Assembly: GCA_016933575.1 (NCBI GenBank)
Contig: JAFGAR010000151.1
Coordinates: 96,001-160,000 of the forward strand
Origin: Candidatus Thorarchaeota archaeon
GTDB taxonomy: Archaea; Asgardarchaeota; Thorarchaeia; Thorarchaeales; Thorarchaeaceae
Length of the DNA stretch: 64,000 nucleotides
Reading direction: 5' to 3'
Part shown: positions 17,634 through 27,228 of the stretch, piece by piece
Position numbering within the stretch: position 1 is the stretch's first letter
Layout of the letters: the number at the start of each line of letters is the position of its first letter
The notes under the pieces: generated by a model
Told to the model about the DNA's origin: nothing
The model's database searches: none
Seen by the model: the letters and a program-made list of their open reading frames with translations, nothing else
Program-made: the position numbers and the translations under genes

Positions 17634-19609
17634 AATTCGAGGAATGGTTCACCCAACACGATACGTTCTAAGAAGTTGTTTCTATTCGCTTTCTTTACAA
17701 GCTGCTCGAATCTCATTCTTAGTCTCTCCTCATCAATATAATCTGGTTCTTTCACGCCCATACTATCAATGACTTTCTGCAACATATAATTGAAGTCATA
17801 AATCAGATAGTCTTCCTTCTTTGTTCCTCCTCTCTTCTTGATCTCCCGTTTTTCTTTTCTTGCGAGACCCTGTTTTAGTGCCACACGTGTTTCTGTAAGA
17901 TAGAATGACATGGACTTCTCATAATGGAGGTCTCCTCGTTTTACCAGTTCCCTTAGGAATTCAAGACCAAAGGTTGTCTTTGCAATAGCTTCGATTCTAG
18001 CAATGAATGCGTTGATTAGATCATCATAGGAAACGCTTCCTGCTTGTCCGCGTGTATCAAAGACTTTGTCGGTATCTGATGCTGATTTGAACTTCTTTTT
18101 CTTTTCCTGTAATAGGCGTTCTTGTTCTAAACGCGCAGCTTCTTCAGCTTTGGCTTGTTCCTTCTCAGCCTTTAGCCGTTCTGCTTCTTTCCTTGCAGCC
18201 TCTTGAGTCTTGTATTTCTCTCGCTCTGCTGCTTCCATCTCAGCTAGCTTGCGTTGTTCTTGCGCAAGTCGTTCCTCTTCAAGCTTCTTTAAGATCTTAG
18301 CCTGTTCTGCTACAAGTTTTTGCATGTGCATCTGAACATCTTTTTCTGTAAGGGTCACATGATTGGTCAAGAGCCATCGAACCCCGATATGATTGACCTT
18401 TGGTTTGAGATCTGCAGATGAGAAGATGAAATTCGCTGTCTGTTGGCCTGGAAGTTGAGTGATAATCTCCTCGGATTCTTTCTCGCCAGCGATTGGTTCT
18501 AGGATTCGCTCAAGAACCTTCAGCGATTGCTCACTGCTAATCCGACCCGCTGATATTGTGTTGAATTGTTCGAAGGCCTTGTAGTCAATATCTTTCGGGC
18601 TCTGAGTGGCGATAAGACATTCAACACCATATTTCCTTGCTTGTCTAAATAATAATAGAAAAGTTTCCTTTGGCCCTGGTGATAACATACCCGCAGGAAT
18701 GAACGGTGCTGCCTCATCCTGAAATATCATCATTCGAGGTCTCTCTGTGAAACCTTGCCTGAGCATCCATGAATAGAGTTGATTCAGGACTATTGAGATA
18801 AAGAAATGTTTCTCTTCCTCGCTACGAAGGGTCTTCAAAAAGATTACATTGATTGGTGTTTTGCCATTTACTGGTTTAGTGAGTTCATCAAAGTTGATTT
18901 CGCCCTCTTCTTTGAATAGGAGTTGGGATGACCCGACGGTTAGACTTCGAATGCGAGTTGCTAGAGTCTGTCGTTCTGAAAACTTCATGAATGGTTCTAG
19001 GTCAACGCCTATCTCTTCTGGATCAGCAATCAACATATCTGCAAGTTCTGCGAGTCCTTTGATCTCTGTTTTTTCATTCTCCCAGATTGTTCTTAACAGT
19101 TCGTAGATTGCAGCAAAAGCTTTGCCTTCCCAAGATCGTGATAATCCCGAGACCTTCATCAATACTTTGACAAGGGTTCGTGCGGAATTATCTAGTAGCC
19201 TTATGATATCATCTTGGTCAGCTTTCCTATCTGGCAATTTTAATGGGTTAATCGAAATGGCAAGACCTTTGCTACTAGCTGGCGTATAGACTCTAACAAT
19301 CACTTTATCCATATATTCCTTCAACCGCTCAGGCGCTACTCCCTTTGATGATAGTTCCTTAGGGTCTCCTGGTAGCATGAGTGATGCAATGTCGCCCTGT
19401 GGATCAAATGCCAGAATGGGTATTCCTTCCATTGCGGCTTCTTCTAGAATGCATTTTGAAAGTACAGTCTTTCCTGATCCTGTGGATCCAAAGACTCCAC
19501 CATGGCGTCTTAAGAGATCTATACTAATCTCAAATTTTTCATCTGTTCGATTACCTTGTTCATCAAGCCTGAAGCCAAGCCAGAGTTTACCGTCTCCCAT
19601 GTCTAACAC
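17630..19609 (-). CDS. HerA/FtsK-superfamily ATPase (DUF87/DUF853-like) with coiled coil and C-terminal domain
   Basis: RHGGVFGSTGSGKT (Walker A), DPQGD, FQDEAA (Walker B), RQARKYGV...ATQSP.DID; E/K/A/Q-rich coiled coil. Confidence 0.9.
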   Translation of the reverse strand: MLDMGDGKLWLGFRLDEQGNRTDEKFEISIDLLRRHGGVFGSTGSGKTVLSKCILEEAAMEGIPILAFDPQGDIASLMLPGDPKELSSKGVAPERLKEYMDKVIVRVYTPASSKGLAISINPLKLPDRKADQDDIIRLLDNSARTLVKVLMKVSGLSRSWEGKAFAAIYELLRTIWENEKTEIKGLAELADMLIADPEEIGVDLEPFMKFSERQTLATRIRSLTVGSSQLLFKEEGEINFDELTKPVNGKTPINVIFLKTLRSEEEKHFFISIVLNQLYSWMLRQGFTERPRMMIFQDEAAPFIPAGMLSPGPKETFLLLFRQARKYGVECLIATQSPKDIDYKAFEQFNTISAGRISSEQSLKVLERILEPIAGEKESEEIITQLPGQQTANFIFSSADLKPKVNHIGVRWLLTNHVTLTEKDVQMHMQKLVAEQAKILKKLEEERLAQEQRKLAEMEAAEREKYKTQEAARKEAERLKAEKEQAKAEEAARLEQERLLQEKKKKFKSASDTDKVFDTRGQAGSVSYDDLINAFIARIEAIAKTTFGLEFLRELVKRGDLHYEKSMSFYLTETRVALKQGLARKEKREIKKRGGTKKEDYLIYDFNYMLQKVIDSMGVKEPDYIDEERLRMRFEQLVKKANRNNFLERIVLGEPFLEF

Positions 19610-19684
19610 CAGATATTGGTCTATCTAACTCTGAGTTTTAAGAGCCTTTCCACTGTATATACAATTCGTAGAAAAATGAAAATG

Positions 19685-19708
19685 ATGGATGGAGCTGACT
19701 CCATCCAT
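19685..19708 (-). terminator. Hairpin terminator
   Basis: ATGGATGGAG-ctga-CTCCATCCAT, followed by T-tracts on the minus strand, just after the 19720 stop. Confidence 0.65.
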
Positions 19709-19719
19709 TAATTTAGAGA

Positions 19720-20331
19720 TTATTCACCCACCGGCTCGTAGCGATATCCCAGAAACACCACAATGAAAGATACGAGAGCTACAGCAAATACCATTAGAAC
19801 ACCAGCAGCCAAGCTGTACTCAAGACTGTCTTTGACAACACTCATCAAGAGATATGCTCCCGCCAAGACTACTCCCAATAATAGTGAGATCAGCATAAAT
19901 CTGGATGTCATCTCTTTTACCTTTCCAGTTTCTGCATCTTGTGAGATTCTACTTCCGAAAAACATAAAGATAAACAAGAAGACATATGCTATCACAATCA
20001 TGGTGCCCATATCAAATAGGTACCCCTGCATCACTACATCTACACCTGTCAAAAGTCCGTATACAAGAAGCGTTGCCAGAGCATGAATATACACGAGCAT
20101 ATTCGATATCATCTTGTCATCGGGATGAACAAACCCAGTTATCTCAGTGAACGTGTTTACTACGCTTATTGCCAACACCACTACTAGAAATCCTAAAGCT
20201 ATAAGCCAGATGTATAGTGGATAAAGTACTTGATCTGGTTGAGTTGCAATTGCTTTTACCACTACAGTAAAAGCCAGTGATGCCAATCCCAGTCCTGAAA
20301 GGAAGTTACCGATTGTTGTTAACCTAACCAT
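19720..20331 (-). CDS. Hypothetical membrane protein (about 6 TM)
   Basis: Six hydrophobic segments; GGAG upstream of ATG. Confidence 0.78.
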   Translation of the reverse strand: MVRLTTIGNFLSGLGLASLAFTVVVKAIATQPDQVLYPLYIWLIALGFLVVVLAISVVNTFTEITGFVHPDDKMISNMLVYIHALATLLVYGLLTGVDVVMQGYLFDMGTMIVIAYVFLFIFMFFGSRISQDAETGKVKEMTSRFMLISLLLGVVLAGAYLLMSVVKDSLEYSLAAGVLMVFAVALVSFIVVFLGYRYEPVGE

Positions 20332-20462
20332 AAGTATCTCTCCCCTACGGTAGAGTTTCTTAAAGCATCCATGCCTTTGTTTCTATTAACTCTTTGCAAT
20401 ATTAGGCATATATTGCACTTTCTAGATTTTTGATGGAATGGTTTGACACAAACTGCATGGAA

Positions 20463-21695
20463 TCATGAAATCTCTTCAGAAGTCTGTTTTGCCTTTGAGG
20501 GCGCCAATTCTTCTAGGAAATAAGTACCAATACATGCGATAGCAATTAACGCTGCAACAAGTAATGCTAATCCGGGAAATAGCCCTCCAACAGAATATGC
20601 ATACTCAGCTGATAATGGTCCAATAATCATTCCTGAACCAAAGAAGATGGAATATACTCCCATTGTACTTCCCCGCGACTCTGCACTTGAGATGTCTGTT
20701 AGATACGCCATAGCTGCTGGTGGGAATGATCCAGCAATAAATCCAAGAATTGGAAGTAACGGCCATAGGCCTGATGTCCATAATGTATCGAAGGTCTCTG
20801 CATTTGCCACTAGCATGTAGGCAAGAGCACCAAATCCAATGAGACCAAAGACAATGAATGGCCTTCTTTTCATCGTGTGGTCTGAGAGATGCCCCATAAC
20901 AATGATACCAAGAACTAGAGACACACCAAGCAGTCCAAAGAGGACAATCATGTCTGTGGCTGTGATATCGAAGTAGGACTCAATGATATATTTAGTCTTG
21001 GAAATGACCAATCCGTACAATGAGATTATTGGAATATAGACTGGAAGCATCATTTGTATGTGTTTGTCTCGAGCAACTTCTCGAAGTAGTCCAAGTACAC
21101 TGACCTCCTCGTGATGCACGACCCGAGTTTCCTTAATCAATAAAATAGTCAGAACTCCTGATAGTGCACATGCTCCTGCAGCTGCAAAGAGTAGCAGTGA
21201 TGGTGCTAATCCAAATTCCAATAGAATGATTCCTAAGCCAAAGCCTCCTGCAAGCCCCATCAACGTAGAAAGATCATAATAGCCCATCAGTCGAGCTCTA
21301 TTTTCCTCAGAGGAACAATCAGCAATCATGGAGAGTGTTGTTGTGACTTTTGAAGCTGCACCAATTCCAAAAAGCCCGGCCAAGATGTAAGCAACTATTT
21401 CAATTGTGGCTATTCCAAAAAGAAATGCAGCTAAACCAGTAATAAAAAGGCTTGCAGCAAGAATTGGTTTTCTGCCAATCTTGTCGCTATAAGAGCCAAA
21501 GAAAGAAACAGTACTTAGTTCTGCTATTGGGTATATTGCAAGTACGATTGCAACTCCCCAACCAACGAGTGCTCCTCCCATGTATAAATTACTTGAAATT
21601 ACCGCAATTGTAACATAGAATGATGCTCTCATTATGAGAGTAACAAGATATAGCATAATTAGAGTAAGTGCATGACCTGATTTTCTAAGTCCCAT
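20463..21695 (-). CDS. MFS transporter
   Basis: About 12 TM; motif A GSYSDKIGRKP and GHLSDHTMKRRP; ..RG..MG.Y. Confidence 0.92.
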   Translation of the reverse strand: MGLRKSGHALTLIMLYLVTLIMRASFYVTIAVISSNLYMGGALVGWGVAIVLAIYPIAELSTVSFFGSYSDKIGRKPILAASLFITGLAAFLFGIATIEIVAYILAGLFGIGAASKVTTTLSMIADCSSEENRARLMGYYDLSTLMGLAGGFGLGIILLEFGLAPSLLLFAAAGACALSGVLTILLIKETRVVHHEEVSVLGLLREVARDKHIQMMLPVYIPIISLYGLVISKTKYIIESYFDITATDMIVLFGLLGVSLVLGIIVMGHLSDHTMKRRPFIVFGLIGFGALAYMLVANAETFDTLWTSGLWPLLPILGFIAGSFPPAAMAYLTDISSAESRGSTMGVYSIFFGSGMIIGPLSAEYAYSVGGLFPGLALLVAALIAIACIGTYFLEELAPSKAKQTSEEIS

Positions 21696-21769
21696 CAGTT
21701 TTCTCTCCAGACTCTTTACTTCGCCCGTGCATTAGCGTTTATAAGCTATGTAGGTACATTCTTTCAACT

Positions 21770-22132
21770 ATGGTAACCGGTAAAATCCCTGGAGAAATTG
21801 GTGCAACAGAATATGTGTATCTCACACTCTATCGGTTAAAGACATTATCTGATGATGAAAAGCATCAGTGGTTCAAATCGTGGCAGAAAATTCGGCATAA
21901 CCTTCCAAATGGAATTAAAATCATTACCGAAGCAACGAGTGCATTTGGAACTGAATTCACTGGATTTACAGTCTATGAAGGACCTTTAGATCGGTTTGAA
22001 GAGTTAGAGAAAATCCTTGAAGATGCTTCTTTTGGATTTGTGGAAAGGTCTCAAACTATTATTGGGACTCGGGGTTTCTCACTACCAGTAGCGGATTTCC
22101 AGAAAATCCTTGAAGGCCGTCCTGTGGACTGA
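21770..22132 (+). CDS. Hypothetical protein, possibly dimeric alpha+beta barrel
   Basis: Alternating beta-alpha pattern (YVYLTLYRL / helix / IKII / FTVYE / helix / TIIG). Confidence 0.65.
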   Translation: MVTGKIPGEIGATEYVYLTLYRLKTLSDDEKHQWFKSWQKIRHNLPNGIKIITEATSAFGTEFTGFTVYEGPLDRFEELEKILEDASFGFVERSQTIIGTRGFSLPVADFQKILEGRPVD

Positions 22133-22211
22133 TAGAGATTTTGCCGCAGAGAACTGCTTTTTAGAGCGAATAGTCCGGCTTGAACTTAGGAATTATTGTG
22201 GATGGTTCGTA

Positions 22212-23975
22212 ATGACATTCAAAGCTTCACGTAGAACAATTGTGATCATTATAGTAACCATCATAGTGGGTTTTGTCCTTTACAATCTAGCTCCTCCTGA
22301 AATCGATGCTGGTAAGTATAATGCATCTTTGACCATACGGTCGGAAGGAATTGACGTTGAGCAAGCATTCAATATAACTCTAGTAAAGACCGGAACAACG
22401 AGTCAGGTCACCTATATTCTCAATGGATCAGCTACCTTTGTTCGGTTTACCATTCCCACAGTGAAAGTGATTGGCACTGATAATCCTCTACGATTCATCA
22501 TTAATGCAACTGGCGATCCGTTACTTGCAGATCAAATTCATCTGGTCTTGACTAATGATGAAGGATTCAATGTGTCACTTCGACCAACTCGTCAAGTTGG
22601 TCAAGTGTTTACTATCGACTATCAGCCACTTGTCAATTCACAAGCTTCTGTAATGATTCTTGGAGTTGTCGCAATTCTTTGGTTCACTGAAGGCATTAGC
22701 TTAGTTGCAACATCCCTCTTAATTCCTATACTCATTGTCCTTACAAATATTAGAACTCCTGGTGATGCTCTTGCACCATTCTTTGATCCATCTGTAGTTC
22801 TAATTTTAGGCGGATTTTTAATTGGACGAGCGCTCACAAAATATGAATTGGATAAACGATTAGCTCTTCTCATCTTATCAAGAAGTAATGGATCTGGTGG
22901 GGCACTAATCATTACAGTAATGGGAGTAACAGCTTTTCTCTCTATGTGGATAAGTAATACAGCATCAGCTGCGATAATGATTCCCATTGCCTTGGCTGTA
23001 ATCAGTCGAATACAAAATTCGGAGATTCGTACAAAATATGGAAAAGCTCTTGTTCTTGGCGTTGCTTATGCTGCAACCCTTGGTGGTGTAGCAAGTCTTG
23101 TTGGTTCTCCTCCAAATCCGCTTGCTGCAAGTTACATCAATTCGTTCTTGGGAAAGGAATTCTCCTTTGCGAGTTGGATTCCATTTGGCCTTCCGATTGT
23201 CCTGATTATGTTACCTCTGATATGGCAATGGATTATGTTCAGATTTAAGATACCTAAGGATATAGATGAGATGGATGACCTGAAACAGATTTCAATCAAA
23301 GAGTATTTGCGTTTGGGCCCGATGTCCACAGAACAGAAATTTGTCATTCTGATTTTTGTTAGCGTGATCATTCTCTGGTTCACTGAAACACTCCCTGACT
23401 TTATTGCCAATGCAATCGGATGGAGTGGTCATGGAATCCATAGCGCGATAATCTCTTTGATTGGAGGGCTTGCACTAATGATTCTTCGACTACTGGATGA
23501 AAAGGATATTTCATCTCATATCAGTTGGTCATCACTTCTAATCCTTGGCAGTGGGATTGCTTTAGGTGGAGCGATGATTGATACTGGCTTGTCTGCCTTC
23601 ATCGCTCAACAGATGGTTGGACTTGGAATCTTTCCATCCTTTTTGGTGATTATCATTATTGGTTCTGTCGGTGTTCTTGTTACCATGGTAGCATCAAATA
23701 CTGGTGCAGCTGTCATTCTTATTCCAATAGCTATTCCCTTGGCAATAGGGTTGGGAATAGATCCATTATTGATTACAATGGTCATAGCAATTGCAGTTTC
23801 AATGGACTTTGCATTACCCACGGGTACACCTCCCTCTACAATCGCTTATAGCACTGGCAAGCTTGAGATACGTGAAATGATATCTACAGGTCTCGTCGTG
23901 GATTTCATTGCTATTATCGTTGTCACCGTGATTGCTGTTTGGTTATGGGCTTTCCTAGGGCTCATTGTTCTATAG
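22212..23975 (+). CDS. SLC13/DASS sodium-coupled anion symporter with extra N-terminal domain
   Basis: LW.TE.I.L..T, SMWISNTA, GSPPN, ASNT, LP.GTPP..IAY. Confidence 0.92.
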   Translation: MTFKASRRTIVIIIVTIIVGFVLYNLAPPEIDAGKYNASLTIRSEGIDVEQAFNITLVKTGTTSQVTYILNGSATFVRFTIPTVKVIGTDNPLRFIINATGDPLLADQIHLVLTNDEGFNVSLRPTRQVGQVFTIDYQPLVNSQASVMILGVVAILWFTEGISLVATSLLIPILIVLTNIRTPGDALAPFFDPSVVLILGGFLIGRALTKYELDKRLALLILSRSNGSGGALIITVMGVTAFLSMWISNTASAAIMIPIALAVISRIQNSEIRTKYGKALVLGVAYAATLGGVASLVGSPPNPLAASYINSFLGKEFSFASWIPFGLPIVLIMLPLIWQWIMFRFKIPKDIDEMDDLKQISIKEYLRLGPMSTEQKFVILIFVSVIILWFTETLPDFIANAIGWSGHGIHSAIISLIGGLALMILRLLDEKDISSHISWSSLLILGSGIALGGAMIDTGLSAFIAQQMVGLGIFPSFLVIIIIGSVGVLVTMVASNTGAAVILIPIAIPLAIGLGIDPLLITMVIAIAVSMDFALPTGTPPSTIAYSTGKLEIREMISTGLVVDFIAIIVVTVIAVWLWAFLGLIVL

Positions 23976-24049
23976 TCTACTAGTACAGCTATGCATATCA
24001 CGAAGGGTTTAAATCGAACAATCATAGGATGCACTCTGAGGTTACTAGG

Positions 24050-24820
24050 GTGAGCTGGATTGCCAAGATAGTATCGGGAACTCCGGATGAATTTGTTCAT
24101 GCTAAGCTCATGAAATATGGTATTGGATCACATCCTGGTCCAAGAGCACGCATATCTCTGAGTAAGCCTACAATCAAATTCAAGGCAGACATAGACCAAG
24201 AAAAGATGTTCATCAAAGGTTACACCTTAAACGCCCCTGAAGGCACGCACAAGGTCAAGGGGATGATTATTACATATAGCGATAGAACAAATGAATTTGG
24301 TAAATTGACAATGCCTATCTCTTGGTCGAAATCCAAGGGAAAGGGTGCACCTGTCTTCAAGGCAAAGATTGACGAGTCTGCTCCACTGAAAGACATTAAA
24401 GCATTAATAGAAGTTGACGATCCAACCACATTCTACCTATTTTCCTTGAATCCAAAAGGCGGAGCAAAGCCTTGGAAAATAGCCACAAAGACCTCTTTCC
24501 CCAAAGGCGGACCTGCTGAGGAAGATGAAGAAACAGAAGGAAAAGATCCAGTGTTTTCGAAAGGCGCATTAGCCAATACGCCAGAAACCCTCGAATTCAT
24601 ACTTGATAACTATCTCCCTGATCTTAAGAACAAAATCAGTTCCAAGACTAAGGACATATGGATTCGTAATAATTTCGAAATTACAGATATTGTCATTCCA
24701 ACTGATTCAAACCTTTCCTTTTCAGAGAAGCGACGGTTAGCAAAGAAACGAGGAAAACTAATCCGCAATGTGAGTATCGATGGTGAGGACTTCACTACGG
24801 AATTTGATTTCTTTGCTTGA
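24050..24820 (+). CDS. Hypothetical protein (basic)
   Basis: GTG start after GAGGT; MSWIAKIVSG.PDEFVH...; C-terminal AKKRGKLIR.V.IDG. Confidence 0.8.
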   Translation: MSWIAKIVSGTPDEFVHAKLMKYGIGSHPGPRARISLSKPTIKFKADIDQEKMFIKGYTLNAPEGTHKVKGMIITYSDRTNEFGKLTMPISWSKSKGKGAPVFKAKIDESAPLKDIKALIEVDDPTTFYLFSLNPKGGAKPWKIATKTSFPKGGPAEEDEETEGKDPVFSKGALANTPETLEFILDNYLPDLKNKISSKTKDIWIRNNFEITDIVIPTDSNLSFSEKRRLAKKRGKLIRNVSIDGEDFTTEFDFFA

Positions 24821-24886
24821 TTGCATGACCGTGACGTTTAAATTCGTAATAAAGACGGCCCCAATAGAAACAGAGTGGTGAACTAA

Positions 24887-25087
24887 ATGCTCCAAAGTCT
24901 CGAAAGCAATTTCCTCTTGATATCAATACTTTTCTTATTCTTCGGTCTATTTGCCATGGCCTGGCTAGTTATTCATATTGAGCATGGGCGTCACTTCTCA
25001 AAATTAAAGGTAGTATCAGCCTTGGGTCTAGGTGCCATTCTCTTGGGCTTTGGTATACACTTTCTCTTACTCTCCGCTGGAATGTGA
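24887..25087 (+). CDS. Small 2-TM membrane protein
   Basis: GGTGA upstream; two hydrophobic helices flanking HIEHGRH. Confidence 0.7.
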   Translation: MLQSLESNFLLISILFLFFGLFAMAWLVIHIEHGRHFSKLKVVSALGLGAILLGFGIHFLLLSAGM

Positions 25088-25216
25088 AACTATCTTTTTT
25101 CCTTATATTTGCAGAGACCTGCTATGCACGAATAACCATTATTTACTTACTGGGAGCTTTATGACTCGTTACTATCTAGAGGATATTATGCTTGATTTGG
25201 ATGCGAGGCTCTCTTA

Positions 25217-26407
25217 GTGATACCTGAAACTGATATTCAGAAATTGGCTATCGAAAGTCGTCAGAGATTGATTCAGGAATTCGCTGAGACTTATGCCAAT
25301 CTCAGAGAGAGAGTGCGTCGTGTTCCAGATAATGACGCTCTAAATGTTTCAAAGCAGTTATCTTGTCCATTGGAGGTGGCAATGGTTGCATACCTCATTA
25401 ATATGGATGGCATAATGGGTCTGCGTCAAGCAGTTGATTTGTTCACAACAGAGCTTGAACGTAGAGCCAATATTGGTGAAGATGTGCCTAATCTCCCTGG
25501 TAATGTTATGGAGTTTGCACTCATTGAAGGTCGTTGGATCTCTCATATCTATGGTCGTTTTGCTAGGCAGCTTGAACTTCACTCAAGGAGTCTATCAAAC
25601 CTAGAAGATGTTGTAGACTTCAATGATATCGAAGTGGAAAAAGCCCTATCAATAGTTGCTGAACGAACAAAATTGGCTGAAACCTACATCTTGCCCATTA
25701 TTGAGGAGTGGCAAAAAGAACACATCAAATCTACAAGTGCTGACATTATATCCTCCTTTGGTCCTGCAATAACCAAATGGAATCAGAAGACAATCAACGG
25801 TAAATTCAAACAAGTGATACGTAGAACCCAAGCTCACTTCAGGCTCATTCGAGAGGTTTTAACCAAATCATCTGACTCCTTCACCATTGATGCTTCAATA
25901 ACCCGATTGGATCGATTAATAGATGAACTAAATCAACCACTAGATTCCCTCACACTCCAAGCAGTGGCTCATTTTCTTGTTCATATAGTTCCTCGATCAA
26001 GTACGGGTCGGGGAGATCGATCGCCCTTTGTAGATGTAGGTGTCAGTTCCACTCGTGGAAATAAGGCAGAACCTGATCTCTCTTCTCCCTTTGATTTTCT
26101 TGAACGCGATGTAAAACTTGGAAAGAGAAGAACAGGGGAAGAACGCGAAACATACTTGAATGAACGAATAGGTCGGGTTATTCGAGTTTTAAAATATCAA
26201 GGCAATGATCTTGCTGATTGCATACAGAAATGTTTGAGTGAACTCAAGGATAGATTCGGGCTTGCGAACGTTTCAATAGAGGATTCATTTCAATCTGTGA
26301 GAACGCAATTAATAGAAGCGCCTGTTGCAGAGAGGGATCAATTGGCAAATCAACTTGTTCATGACTTTATTGACAAGCACATCTATTCGGAGGGTGCAAC
26401 TTTTTGA
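25217..26407 (+). CDS. Hypothetical mostly alpha-helical protein
   Basis: 396-aa ORF overlapping the next ORF by 4 nt. Confidence 0.8.
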   Translation: MIPETDIQKLAIESRQRLIQEFAETYANLRERVRRVPDNDALNVSKQLSCPLEVAMVAYLINMDGIMGLRQAVDLFTTELERRANIGEDVPNLPGNVMEFALIEGRWISHIYGRFARQLELHSRSLSNLEDVVDFNDIEVEKALSIVAERTKLAETYILPIIEEWQKEHIKSTSADIISSFGPAITKWNQKTINGKFKQVIRRTQAHFRLIREVLTKSSDSFTIDASITRLDRLIDELNQPLDSLTLQAVAHFLVHIVPRSSTGRGDRSPFVDVGVSSTRGNKAEPDLSSPFDFLERDVKLGKRRTGEERETYLNERIGRVIRVLKYQGNDLADCIQKCLSELKDRFGLANVSIEDSFQSVRTQLIEAPVAERDQLANQLVHDFIDKHIYSEGATF

Positions 26408-27177
26408 TAGATAGAACTCCGCTATATTGGCTTATAGATATAGAGACCTATGATTTCACTCTTGGCGGTTTTAAGAATGCTGATTTATCAGGGAAGGCTC
26501 TGATACTCTCAACTCAACTCTGGTCTATCATTCGAGATACTGAAGTGTATTCAATTCTCATCGGTCCTGGAATATTCAAGGGTATAGCAAAAAAAGGAAA
26601 TATCCAGATCGATGTGCTTGAGTTTATCTCCTGTTTGATGTTTGATCCAACCCGGCTTAGATATGACGAACCTCTTCCACAAGTGGATATTGTCAGTCCC
26701 GAGGTCATCGATCCTCTTGGTTCTAAGAAACAAGAGGAGATTGTCACCCTGATACGCAACTTGGTAATTGAACGTGGAAACGTGCTTGCTGGCGATGCCC
26801 TTGCTAAGGTAAAAGCAGAAGCTGGTGTCCCACAGACTGCTCATTATGAAGAGATGTTCAAACGGATTAATGTCTCACACGTGTCTGGTGAACAACGGGC
26901 TAAATTTATTCTTGGAGGGACTTACGGATTTATCTTCAGACCATTTGTTGAGAACTATCCTAAACTAAAATTACAGAGGACTGAAAGAACAAAGGTCCTA
27001 GCCACTCCATTTTACAAATTCACTGGTTTCTCTGATATTGAAATTATGACTGATTGGATGATTGTAGAAAAAGCTGGCAGCGATTCCAAAACAGGTATGG
27101 AAGCAATATCTGCGGAATATGAGCAAACTCTTGAGATAATCGATAAGAACAAAGAGAAGATCATCTTCGAACTGTGA
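26404..27177 (+). CDS. Hypothetical protein
   Basis: 257-aa ORF; TTG start overlaps the upstream TGA (coupled). Confidence 0.78.
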   Translation: MIDRTPLYWLIDIETYDFTLGGFKNADLSGKALILSTQLWSIIRDTEVYSILIGPGIFKGIAKKGNIQIDVLEFISCLMFDPTRLRYDEPLPQVDIVSPEVIDPLGSKKQEEIVTLIRNLVIERGNVLAGDALAKVKAEAGVPQTAHYEEMFKRINVSHVSGEQRAKFILGGTYGFIFRPFVENYPKLKLQRTERTKVLATPFYKFTGFSDIEIMTDWMIVEKAGSDSKTGMEAISAEYEQTLEIIDKNKEKIIFEL

Positions 27178-27228
27178 AGACCGCAACTGTCTTTTATGGA
27201 TATGTTTCTGATTGGTTGAGGTTGCCAG

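Noticed and set aside
17630-19609. HerA-based antiphage system or conjugative element
   Set aside because: No adjacent Sir2, nuclease, relaxase, integrase or T4SS genes; the flanking genes look like ordinary chromosome.
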